DNA from: Halomicronema hongdechloris C2206 | GTDB taxonomy: Bacteria > Cyanobacteriota > Cyanobacteriia > Phormidesmidales > Phormidesmidaceae | Assembly: GCF_002075285.3 (NCBI RefSeq) | Contig: NZ_CP021983.2 | Span: 960,001-992,000 of the forward strand | Direction of reading: 5' to 3' | DNA: 32,000 bases | Shown: piece by piece, positions 17,132 to 25,735 of the stretch | Numbering within the stretch: the first letter of the stretch is position 1 | How the letters are laid out: each line of letters starts with the position of its first letter | Made by a program: the position numbers and the translations under genes | The notes under the pieces: generated by a model | Told to the model about the DNA's origin: nothing | Seen by the model: only the letters and a program-made list of their open reading frames with translations | The model's database searches: none

Positions 17132-17995
17132 ATGAAAATTGGGATCGTCGGTCTAGGGTTGATTGGCGGATCCCTAGGGTTAGATTTACGACGACAGGGC
17201 CACTGGGTGGCTGGAGTAGCTCGTCGGCCACAGCTGTGCGAGGCAGCGGTGGCGCACCAGGTCGCTGATCAAGCCAGCTGCAATTTATCCAGTTTAGCGG
17301 ACGTCGATGTCGTCTTTGTCTGCACGCCGATTGCGGCGATTGAGCCAACGGTGGTCGAGTTGGTTGCCCATCTGCGGTCATCGACCATTATTACTGATGT
17401 GGGCTCGGTAAAGGGCTCGGTGGTGGTAGCGGCTACCCGGCACTGGCCTCGATTTGTAGGGGGACACCCGATGGCTGGTAAGACCCAATCGGGGCTGATG
17501 GCAGCCCAGCCGCAGCTGTTTGTGCAACGGGCCTATGTGTTGACACCTTTGGAGATAACGCCGTTGGATGCCGTGGATACGGTGGCAGCCCTGGCGGAAC
17601 AGGTGGGTGCCGTCGTGTACCGGTGTGCGCCGACGGTGCATGATCAAGCGGTGGCCTGGATTTCTCATCTGCCGGTGATGGTTAGCAGTAGCCTGATTCG
17701 GGCCTGCTGTCAGGAACCCGATCCAACGGTGCTGACCTTGGCCCAGCGATTTGCCAGTTCTGGGTTTCGCGATACCAGCCGGGTGGGGGGAGGTGTGCCA
17801 GAATTGGGCCTGATGATGGCTCGCTTCAACCGTCAGGAGCTGTTGCGATCGCTGCAGGGCTATCGCCAGCAACTGGATGCCGTGATGGACTGGATCGAGA
17901 CGGAAAATTGGCCGGCTCTGGAACAGCATCTACACCAAACCCAACGGGCTCGGCCTGCCTTCGTGGAGGAAAAACCGCAGAGTGACCCTAGCTAA
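17132..17995 (+). CDS. tyrA: Prephenate/arogenate dehydrogenase
   Basis: 287 aa. It starts with the MKIGIVGLGLIGGSLGLDL Rossmann N-terminus. It also carries the DVGSVK and GGHPMAG motifs typical of TyrA. Confidence 0.9.
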   Translation: MKIGIVGLGLIGGSLGLDLRRQGHWVAGVARRPQLCEAAVAHQVADQASCNLSSLADVDVVFVCTPIAAIEPTVVELVAHLRSSTIITDVGSVKGSVVVAATRHWPRFVGGHPMAGKTQSGLMAAQPQLFVQRAYVLTPLEITPLDAVDTVAALAEQVGAVVYRCAPTVHDQAVAWISHLPVMVSSSLIRACCQEPDPTVLTLAQRFASSGFRDTSRVGGGVPELGLMMARFNRQELLRSLQGYRQQLDAVMDWIETENWPALEQHLHQTQRARPAFVEEKPQSDPS

Positions 17996-18000
17996 TGGCC

Positions 18001-19860
18001 CTAACTAATGGGTTGAATCGGTTCCGAAGAAATTAAGACGGGCTCTCGATACAGCAGGGTAGTGAAGGTGACGGTCGCCCCCAGGCCTTCCCCCATGCTG
18101 ATAAATTGCACCACGCCCCCCATGGCTTCGACCAGTTTTTGGGAGATGGCCAATCCCAGGCCGGTGCCACCGTACTGGCGGGTGCGATCCCCATCTACTT
18201 GGCTGAAGGTTTGAAACAGCCGGTCTTGTTTTTCCAGGGAAACGCCGATGCCGGTATCGGCCACGCTCACCTTGACAAAGCCTGGCCGCGATTGCCCCTG
18301 GAAGGTGGTTTTCTGTAGCTTGACTTCGGCGCTGATGGTGACGCCCCCCTCGTGGGTAAATTTGATCGCGTTTCCCACCAGATTGAGCATCACTTGCAGC
18401 AGCCGTTGATAGTTGCCCAAGAGAATGATCTCGTCTCGGGTCGCTGGCACCAGTAGCTTAAACTCCAGCCCTTTTTGCTCGGCTTGGGGTCGGGTGAAGT
18501 TTTCGACGTCTTGAAAGAGTTCCTTCAGGTTCAAGGGACTCATATCGATTTGTAGTTTGCCCGCTTCGATCTTGGCGATGTCGAGCACATCGTTGATTAA
18601 GCTGAGCAGGTGAATGGCTGATTTGTGAGCTTCCTGGATAAAGTCTTCTTGTTCTTCGGGATCATCGGCCATGCCGTCCAACACCAACTTGAGAAAGCCA
18701 ATCATCCCGTTCAGAGGAGTTCGTAGTTCGTGGGAAGTATTGGCCAGAAACTCGCTCTTGAGGCGGGAGGCTTCTTCGGCTTGGTGTCGCGCTTCTTCGA
18801 GTTCTTGGTGTTTCTTGAGTAGGTTGGTGTTGGCTTCTTGCAGCTTCACGGCTAGGGCGTGGCTTTCACCGAAGAGTTGAGCATGGGCAATGGCGGTGCC
18901 GACTTGATCGGCGAGATCGCTGACTAATTCTAACTCTAGGGGGCTCCAGACCCGATCGGATTGAGAATACAGCACAATAATGCCATTGGGCTGATCTTGG
19001 TAGCGAGTGGCGATGGCCAGTACCGAGGCTGGATGGCAGGAGATGGCGCCGTCGGGGTGAGTCTCGTCGGTGAGTGCCAGTACGGGTTCAGCCGATGCGA
19101 TCGCACGTTGCAAGTAATTTAGCTGCGCCAGGGAAAACTCTTGATGCAACCAGGGGGTTAACCCTTGCTGACAAGACTCAGCCGTGACGGTCACCGTCTT
19201 GTCCCCCGTCTGGTAGGTACAGACCAGATTGCGCTGGCTGCAAAACATCGCCCCCAGGCCATCAACGGTATGGCGCCAGATGGTATCCAGATCGAGGGTA
19301 CGGCGAATATTGCGAGTAATGCGATTCAATAGGGCGGCATAACTCTGAGCTTGGGCACAATCAATCGCCTCCTGGGACCAGCGAAACCACTCCTCCCCGG
19401 GAAGTTGACCAGGGATAGAGTCAGCCGTCGAGTCATTCGCGGAAATCACCGTTCCCGTCAGGGACGCTCTGCCCACCACCTGGGTGGGGGGAGCCTCTGG
19501 ATGCAACAGGGGACTGAGTAGCAGCTGACAAGGCAACCCTTGGTTGCCGACCGCTATCATACCATCAAACCACTCCGCCTGACCATGAGTCAATACCCGT
19601 TCCAGACAGGCACGATAGCCCGTCTGACAGCCATGGGCCAGAAACTGCACCGACGGCTGCCCCACTAATATCCCAGGATCGATGCCCCACTGCTCGGCGT
19701 CTGGCCAATGGAGGGTAATGAAATGGCCAACTGTGTCCAGGACAAACCAAAGCTGCGCCGGCACCCCCAGAAATTTGCCATTTGAATACTCACGCCCCTG
19801 CCGTTGCTGACTGTTCGCAGAGTGTTTAGAAGAGATATGGGAGTTAGCGGAGCCAGTCAT
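18001..19860 (-). CDS. Sensor histidine kinase (PAS-like and GAF N-terminal modules, HisKA, HATPase_c); no adjacent response regulator
   Basis: 619 aa. H-box FLANTSHELRTPLNGMIGF, N-box LLQVMLNLVGNAIKFT, G-boxes DTGIGV and GGTGLGLAIS. A coiled-coil linker precedes the H-box. Confidence 0.9.
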   Translation of the reverse strand: MTGSANSHISSKHSANSQQRQGREYSNGKFLGVPAQLWFVLDTVGHFITLHWPDAEQWGIDPGILVGQPSVQFLAHGCQTGYRACLERVLTHGQAEWFDGMIAVGNQGLPCQLLLSPLLHPEAPPTQVVGRASLTGTVISANDSTADSIPGQLPGEEWFRWSQEAIDCAQAQSYAALLNRITRNIRRTLDLDTIWRHTVDGLGAMFCSQRNLVCTYQTGDKTVTVTAESCQQGLTPWLHQEFSLAQLNYLQRAIASAEPVLALTDETHPDGAISCHPASVLAIATRYQDQPNGIIVLYSQSDRVWSPLELELVSDLADQVGTAIAHAQLFGESHALAVKLQEANTNLLKKHQELEEARHQAEEASRLKSEFLANTSHELRTPLNGMIGFLKLVLDGMADDPEEQEDFIQEAHKSAIHLLSLINDVLDIAKIEAGKLQIDMSPLNLKELFQDVENFTRPQAEQKGLEFKLLVPATRDEIILLGNYQRLLQVMLNLVGNAIKFTHEGGVTISAEVKLQKTTFQGQSRPGFVKVSVADTGIGVSLEKQDRLFQTFSQVDGDRTRQYGGTGLGLAISQKLVEAMGGVVQFISMGEGLGATVTFTTLLYREPVLISSEPIQPIS

Positions 19861-20381
19861 AAGCCTAGTGTTCGACGGCGCTGTAGGGACATTGACCCAT
19901 CGCTTGAGGCCCCATTGCTTGAGGCAACGTTATCACAGGTCACTAGCTCGAGTGACACGGTGTTCACCCCTATGGTGTCAGGCAGTAGAGCACTAATCTC
20001 GAGAAAACCAGATTGCATTGCCCATATCCTAAACCAAGGTCATGGCAAAATCAGGAAACGACAGCAGGAAAACAGGGCTCTTTAAATTTTCTGGGGTAAC
20101 TATAACCGAGCCATGTACGACAGCATTTCCTAGCTGGGTGAGGCCCAACCTATCGCCTCACCTCAAGGGGGTCATGGCTACCCCTGTACACCCCGCTCAC
20201 TGCAAAAGTGATGCAACTGCAACGTGATTCAGCAGCCGACTCTACCGTCATTTGAGTGACTCAGTGCCTCGTTGGAGCAGGTGGAGACGGGAGCGGTCTC
20301 AGGGCGTCTGTTCAGCCACCCCATTACAATAAACCTAATGTTCAGTATCAATGTCCATCTGCCCCCTTCTGACTCCGGTCT

Positions 20382-22184
20382 ATGACAGACGTTCCCGTTT
20401 CCCATATCCGCAATTTCTCCATCATTGCCCACATCGACCACGGTAAGTCTACCCTGGCGGACCGTCTGTTGCTGCAAACTAAGACGGTCAGTGATCGAGA
20501 TATGAAAGCTCAGTTCCTCGACACCATGGATCTAGAGCGGGAACGAGGCATCACCATCAAGCTGCAGGCCGCTCGCATGGCCTATGACGCCTCCGATGGC
20601 AACCAGTATGTGCTCAACTTAATCGATACCCCCGGCCACGTGGACTTCTCCTACGAAGTATCCCGGTCCTTGGCAGCTTGTGAAGGGGCCCTGCTGGTGG
20701 TCGATGCCTCCCAGGGTGTCGAGGCTCAGACCCTGGCCAACGTCTATCTGGCCCTCGAGCACGATTTAGAAATCATCCCGGTGCTCAATAAGATCGATTT
20801 GCCCGGGGCGGAACCCGATCGGATCAAGCAGGAAATCGAAGACATCATCGGCCTCGACTGCGGCAATGCCATTCTGGCCTCGGCTAAACAGGGCATTGGC
20901 ATCGATGAGATTCTAGAAGCGATCGTCTATCTGGTACCGCCGCCCCAAGAGACGGTCGAACGACCCCTGCGAGCCCTGATCTTTGACAGCTATTACGACA
21001 GTTATCGTGGCGTCATCGTGTACTTCCGAGTCATGGATGGCACCCTGCGCCGGGGCGATCGCGTCCAATTGATGGCCTCCGGTAAGGAATACGACATCGA
21101 TGAGCTGGGGGTACTGTCGCCGATGCAAATCCAGGTCGAAGACCTTCATGCCGGTGAAGTCGGGTATCTAGCCGCCTCCATTAAGGCAGTCGAAGATGCC
21201 CGGGTGGGCGACACCATTACCCTAGTGAAGCCAGCGGCCCCAGAGCCCTTGCCTGGCTATGTGGAAGCCAAGCCCATGGTATTTTGTGGTCTCTTCCCCA
21301 CCGATGCCGACCAGTTCGAAGATCTGCGGGATGCCCTAGAAAAGCTACGGCTCAGTGATGCAGCCCTGCAATATGACCCCGAGACTTCCAGCGCCATGGG
21401 ATTTGGGTTTCGCTGTGGCTTCTTAGGCTTGCTGCATATGGAAATTGTGCAGGAACGCCTGGAGCGGGAATATAACCTGGATCTAATCACAACGGCTCCT
21501 TCGGTGATCTACTGGGTGACCACCATCGATGGAGACGTGATTGAGATCGATAATCCCTGCAACCTACCCTCGCCCCAAGAGCGAGAAAAAATTGAAGAAC
21601 CCTATGTGCGAATCGAGATGCTAACCCCGGAAGAATTCGTGGGACCGCTGATGGAATTGAGCCAGAGCCGCCGCGGCGACTTCAAAGACATGAAATATCT
21701 GGCCCAAGGCCGCACCTCTTTGGTGTACGAAATTCCTTTGGCGGAAGTCGTCACAGACTTCTTCGATCAGATGAAATCTCGCTCCCGGGGCTATGCCAGC
21801 ATGGAATATCACCTAGTGGGGTACCGGGAAAACCCGCTGGTACGGCTAGATATCTTGATTAATGGAGAGCCTGTCGATCCCCTGGCTACCATCGTCCATC
21901 GGGATAAGGCCTACTATGTCGGTAAGGCCCTGGTGGAGAAGCTAAAAGAGCTGATTCCCCGGCACCAGTTCAAGATTCCCCTCCAGGCCGCCATCGGTAG
22001 TCGAGTGATTTCCAGCGAGAGCATCCCGGCCCTGCGTAAGGACGTGCTGTCTAAGTGCTACGGCGGCGACATTTCCCGCAAGAAGAAGCTACTGCAGAAG
22101 CAGGCCAAAGGCAAGAAGCGACTGAAGGCCATCGGCACCGTGGATGTGCCCCAAGAGGCGTTTATGGCGGTGCTGCGACTGTAG
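20382..22184 (+). CDS. lepA: Translation elongation factor 4 (LepA)
   Basis: 600 aa. Motifs: [35 protein letters not shown], and the LepA-specific C-terminus (...[22 protein letters not shown]). Confidence 0.98.
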   Translation: MTDVPVSHIRNFSIIAHIDHGKSTLADRLLLQTKTVSDRDMKAQFLDTMDLERERGITIKLQAARMAYDASDGNQYVLNLIDTPGHVDFSYEVSRSLAACEGALLVVDASQGVEAQTLANVYLALEHDLEIIPVLNKIDLPGAEPDRIKQEIEDIIGLDCGNAILASAKQGIGIDEILEAIVYLVPPPQETVERPLRALIFDSYYDSYRGVIVYFRVMDGTLRRGDRVQLMASGKEYDIDELGVLSPMQIQVEDLHAGEVGYLAASIKAVEDARVGDTITLVKPAAPEPLPGYVEAKPMVFCGLFPTDADQFEDLRDALEKLRLSDAALQYDPETSSAMGFGFRCGFLGLLHMEIVQERLEREYNLDLITTAPSVIYWVTTIDGDVIEIDNPCNLPSPQEREKIEEPYVRIEMLTPEEFVGPLMELSQSRRGDFKDMKYLAQGRTSLVYEIPLAEVVTDFFDQMKSRSRGYASMEYHLVGYRENPLVRLDILINGEPVDPLATIVHRDKAYYVGKALVEKLKELIPRHQFKIPLQAAIGSRVISSESIPALRKDVLSKCYGGDISRKKKLLQKQAKGKKRLKAIGTVDVPQEAFMAVLRL

Positions 22185-22410
22185 GGCTCATGGGAGCAGG
22201 GGGTCGCCCACACCGCCCTCCCATATCAGTGCTCGCAGCTACAGACACCCATCGTTGCCGGACCCTAGGGAGCAGCATGGGTTGCTTTCTGCGTGGGACG
22301 CAGCCATTTTTCCGCGGTCCCCAAGAGATTCGTCCGGAAGTTCTCGGGGGCTGAACGGCAACATCCTGGCAGTCTCCTTACACTATGCATATAGAGATGC
22401 AACATCACCC

Positions 22411-22959
22411 ATGCTGACCTCGTCTGACCTGAGTGGGTTGTTTACCCCGCGCTTCTTCCGAAATTTTCTGCCGATTCCGGCCACCGATGCCCTGGCTATA
22501 GGCCAACGGCCTCCCGACATTTGTCTGCCCAATATCACCCAGGGGGACACTATCACCCTGTCAGAGTTCTGGGGCAAGCAGCCGGTGGTCTTGGCCTTCA
22601 CCCGCATCTTCACCGAGAAACAATACTGTCCCTTTTGCTATCCCCATATTGTCGCTTTAGGGGATGCCTACGACCGGTTTCGGCAGCAGGGAGTTGAGGT
22701 GCTGATGATCACCAGCACCGATGCCGCCCAAAGCAAAACCATAGTGCAAGACCTGGGCTTACCCCTTCCCCTACTCAGCGATCCCAGCTGTCAGAGCTTT
22801 CAGGCCTATCAGACCGGACAGGCCCTGGGGGCACCACTGCCAGCCCAGTTTGTACTCGATGCCCAAGGCCGGTTGCGCTATCGCCATCTGTTTTCCTTTC
22901 TCAATCACAATGCCAGCGTGGACACCTTGCTGGAAGTCATCGGAGACCTGGGAGACTAG
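22411..22959 (+). CDS. AhpC/TSA (redoxin) family thiol-disulfide oxidoreductase / peroxiredoxin-like protein
   Basis: From the ATG at 22411 the sequence reads ...LSEFWGKQPVVLAFTRIFTEKQYCPFCYPH...GVEVLMITS...LPLLSDP...FVLDAQGRLRY, a thioredoxin-fold AhpC/TSA pattern with a CPFC motif. The 89 upstream codons of the track ORF overlap lepA and are low-complexity, so I excluded them. Confidence 0.72.
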   Translation: MLTSSDLSGLFTPRFFRNFLPIPATDALAIGQRPPDICLPNITQGDTITLSEFWGKQPVVLAFTRIFTEKQYCPFCYPHIVALGDAYDRFRQQGVEVLMITSTDAAQSKTIVQDLGLPLPLLSDPSCQSFQAYQTGQALGAPLPAQFVLDAQGRLRYRHLFSFLNHNASVDTLLEVIGDLGD

Positions 22960-23032
22960 GCTACAGGGGGAGTGACGAGCTTGCCCTGAGCGCAGTCGAA
23001 GGGTGACGAGTGGAGGGCGGAGAGAGGGATGT

Positions 23033-23072
23033 GGGGTGATGGGGTGATGGGGTGATGGGGTGATGGGGTGAT
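23033..23072 (+). repeat. Tandem octanucleotide array (GGGGTGAT)x5, followed by GGGGG
   Basis: Five perfect contiguous 8-bp units, read directly from the sequence. The array sits in the intergenic region between the convergent redoxin and alr genes. Confidence 0.95.
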
Positions 23073-23108
23073 GGGGGAGTGACGAGAAGGAAGGCCCCAC
23101 GGGTTGAT

Positions 23109-23144
23109 GAGTTTTGAGTTTTGAATTTTGAATTTTTGAATGAG
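23109..23144 (+). repeat. Tandem heptamer array GAGTTTT GAGTTTT GAATTTT GAATTTTT GAATGAG
   Basis: Read directly from the sequence. There are 4-5 degenerate 7-8-bp units, starting 36 bp after the octamer array. Confidence 0.85.
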
Positions 23145-23405
23145 TGGAGATTCCAGCTCCCCAGCTGCCCTTGTGGAAGTAGGGGTTGGGGGAAGGTCCC
23201 TCGCATCCCTGCCGATGCGACGCGATCTATTGCGCCTAACCGATAAGTCCTTCGCAGGTCCAGGGCAGCGGTTTGCCCTGGTCGTGGGGGTCCGGGGGAA
23301 GCGAAATTCCCCCGGGCGAGCACTCCGAGCTACACAATTAAGTGTGGTCTTACCGAGGTCTACCACCACTGAGATGACTCCCTAATTTGCCCATAGAACT
23401 ATAGA

Positions 23406-24599
23406 CTAGCTGCCTCGGCTGGTGGCCAACGCGGTGAGGGGTTGCTCCAGGGCTACCCGCGGCAGTCGGTGTTTGAAGCCGCAGAGAATTTCCCAGGAAA
23501 TGGTGCCGCTGAGGTTAGCCCAATCATCGGCGGTGATACAGTGACGGCCCTGGTGGCCCAACAGGGTGACAATATCCCCTTCCTGCAAACCAGGTAGATG
23601 GGTGACATCCAGCATCAACTGGTCCATGGTGATGGCGCCGACCTGGCGCACTTGCTGCCCCTGGACCAGCACCGCCATGTGGTTAGACAAGGCCCGGGGC
23701 ACCCCGTCGGCATAGCCGATACCGACCACGGCAATGCGCATTGGCTGCGGAGCTACGAACTGATGGCCGTAGCTGACGCCAGTACCGGCGGCGATCTCCT
23801 TGATGTGGGTGATGCGAGCTTTCACCTGCATGACGGGATGGAGAGAGATTGTCGAGCGTAAGTGGGGGGCGGGGTAGAGGCCATAGAGGGCCAGGCCGAC
23901 CCGCACCATGTCGTAGTGCAGGGCGGTATCGCCCAAGGTGGCGGCGGAGTTGGCCAGATGCAGCTGGGGAGGGCGCAACTGATGCTGAGTTAACGCCTCA
24001 ATGGCGGTCTGAAAGCGATGGTGCTGTTGCTGTAGCACGGTGGTATCAGGATCGTCGGCGGTAGCCAAATGGGAATAGACGCTGGCGATGGCCAGGCCCG
24101 GCAACTGCTGGACGAATTGCACGAATTCCACTGCCTGCTGCCAGGGGTGGCCCAGGCGAGACATGCCGGTGTCGAGCTTTAGGTGCACTGGTAGGGGATG
24201 GTCCAGGCGCCCCAGGGTCTCTGAGAAGACCAGGGCTTGTTTGGGGGCGACCAGGGTGGGCTGGAGCTGCCACTGTGCGATCGCACGCACCTCTTCCAGA
24301 CTATGCACCGCCCCCATGAGCAAAATGGGGGCCTGAATTCCGGCTTGCCGCAGTTCAATCCCCTCTGGCACCGTGGCCACCCCACACCAGTGGGCTCCGG
24401 CCTTCAGGGCATGGCGGGCAATGGTCACGGCGCCATGGCCGTAGGCATCGGCCTTCACCACCGCCATCAACTCCGTCGTTGGCATCAGCCACTGCCGCAG
24501 TTGCCGCACATTGTGCGCCAAGGCGGTCAAATTGATCTCAACCCAAGCCCGACAACACCGCATCGGGGCCAGACTCGGGGTTTTATCCCAACTCAACAT
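23406..24599 (-). CDS. alr: Alanine racemase
   Basis: 397 aa. It has AVVKADAYGHGA (PLP-Lys motif), the RAWVEINLTAL N-terminus, and VSYG...IGYADG. The true start may be the internal Met (MRCCRAWVEI) at 24561-24563. Confidence 0.9.
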   Translation of the reverse strand: MLSWDKTPSLAPMRCCRAWVEINLTALAHNVRQLRQWLMPTTELMAVVKADAYGHGAVTIARHALKAGAHWCGVATVPEGIELRQAGIQAPILLMGAVHSLEEVRAIAQWQLQPTLVAPKQALVFSETLGRLDHPLPVHLKLDTGMSRLGHPWQQAVEFVQFVQQLPGLAIASVYSHLATADDPDTTVLQQQHHRFQTAIEALTQHQLRPPQLHLANSAATLGDTALHYDMVRVGLALYGLYPAPHLRSTISLHPVMQVKARITHIKEIAAGTGVSYGHQFVAPQPMRIAVVGIGYADGVPRALSNHMAVLVQGQQVRQVGAITMDQLMLDVTHLPGLQEGDIVTLLGHQGRHCITADDWANLSGTISWEILCGFKHRLPRVALEQPLTALATSRGS

Positions 24600-24808
24600 A
24601 CTGCTCTACTCCTTCACCACACACGGGACCGCACCAAGCCCCCTTGATCGCTATACCTTTACGCTACTACTGACCCAGATGTCAGCATCCGGGACCTGCG
24701 TCGGCCAGTGTCCTGGCCACGAGAATTAACAGGCAGTGTATCAGCCGTTAAGACGTCAGAATCAGCAGCTATGCTACTATCGGTGCAATATCCTTTTAAC
24801 GATCCCCA

Positions 24809-25306
24809 ATGAGTAAGGTTCTGGTGCTCAATGCCTCCTATGAACCGCTCAACATAACAAGCTGGCGTCGAGCGATTGTCTTAGTCATTAAGGGCAAGGC
24901 TGAACAGGTTGAGCACAACGGCAAATTAATCTACGCTGAATTGTCACTGCCGACGGTGATACGGCTTAGACAATATGTGCGAGTGCCCTACAAAGAGATT
25001 CCTCTGACCCGACGCAACCTACTCCAGCGGGATAACCATACCTGTCAATACTGTGGCTATGCCGGTGACGGCCTCACCCTAGACCACGTCGTGCCTCGCT
25101 CTCGCGGCGGTGGTGATACTTGGGACAATATGGTGACTGCCTGTGTCCGCTGCAATGTGCGCAAAGGCAACCGCACCCCCCGGGAAGCCAGCATGCCCCT
25201 GCGCAATCCTCCCCGCAAGCCCCACAGCAGTCTCTACTTCGAAGTGGCTCGACAGATTCGCAGTGGCACTCACCAGGAATGGAAGAAATACGTCATCGGT
25301 GTCTAA
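24809..25306 (+). CDS. HNH endonuclease (small McrA/COG1403-like, zinc-finger type)
   Basis: 165 aa. The region CQYCG...LTLDHVVPRSRGG.DTWDNMVTACVRCNVRKGNRTP has the CX2C...H-N-H...CX2C architecture. Confidence 0.85.
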   Translation: MSKVLVLNASYEPLNITSWRRAIVLVIKGKAEQVEHNGKLIYAELSLPTVIRLRQYVRVPYKEIPLTRRNLLQRDNHTCQYCGYAGDGLTLDHVVPRSRGGGDTWDNMVTACVRCNVRKGNRTPREASMPLRNPPRKPHSSLYFEVARQIRSGTHQEWKKYVIGV

Positions 25307-25364
25307 ATAGTAATAGACAGTTGTAATAGATACAGGTATAGATAGACAGGTCATCCCAGCAAGA

Positions 25365-25378
25365 CTTGCGATCGCAAG
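25365..25378. repeat. Extended HIP1 palindrome CTTGCGATCGCAAG (14-bp perfect)
   Basis: It contains the cyanobacterial HIP1 core GCGATCGC (25368-25375). It is one of 10 HIP1 cores I found in the window. Confidence 0.9.
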
Positions 25379-25735
25379 CAAGTTGGTTGAGATTGTCCCT
25401 GGCAGTCTCCCTTGCCAGGGGCAGATTATCCGTCGCCTAAGGCTCCCCCATAGGAATGACGCAGGAACCATCCCAGAGGTCTACGCTGGACTTGATAGAC
25501 ATGCAGACAGCAGCGCTTATCAACGACCCCCAGAGACTGCTCACCCGAGACTGCTTGGCGAGGTTGATCGAGTCCTGAGTCAGGTCTCCCCAGGCTCTCT
25601 AGACCCTCAAGCCCACAGAGGGGACGCCCCATATCTCTCCTGAACTATGCCGTTACCGGCTCCCGACCGCAGTCATCCTGTCAGGATGGCTGCATCCCAC
25701 TATCCCTAACCACACGCTGCCCGTTACGAAACATC

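Noticed and set aside
17995-18001. The tyrA and histidine kinase genes converge with only 5 bp between their stop codons and no terminator hairpin.
   Set aside because: Tight convergent gene ends are common in compact bacterial genomes. Nothing in the sequence itself suggests a special element.
22144-22410. An 89-codon N-terminal extension of the redoxin ORF that overlaps the lepA 3' end.
   Set aside because: It overlaps lepA by 41 nt in another frame and is Arg/Pro/Ser-rich. The thioredoxin-fold homology only begins after the ATG at 22411.
23033-23144. The tandem repeat arrays, considered as a possible CRISPR array.
   Set aside because: The units are 7-8 bp and contiguous, with no spacers, and there are no cas genes in the window.
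22771-23385. ORFs across the convergent intergenic region (22771-23100, 22956-23369 and 22961-23323 on the minus strand, 23140-23385 on the plus strand). Some contain repeats such as PHHPITPS.
   Set aside because: The repeated peptide motifs are simply translations of the GGGGTGAT tandem array and of GC-rich hairpins. The ORFs overlap one another in different frames.
23150-23400. The hairpin cluster, tested by eye against known RNAs. These were tmRNA (T-arm-like GGGGGAAGCGAAATTCCCCC and a nearby ACCACCA), SRP RNA (GGUCC...GCAGC), Yfr1 (ACUCC...ACAC between hairpins), RNase P, 6S RNA and the cobalamin riboswitch.
   Set aside because: None fits. There is no GGGGCUG-type 5' end or tag reading frame for tmRNA. 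There is no GGAA-tetraloop domain IV for SRP. The Yfr1 core ACUCCUCACAC is not matched and no terminator follows. The RNase P and B12-box conserved strings are absent. There is no closing helix for 6S.
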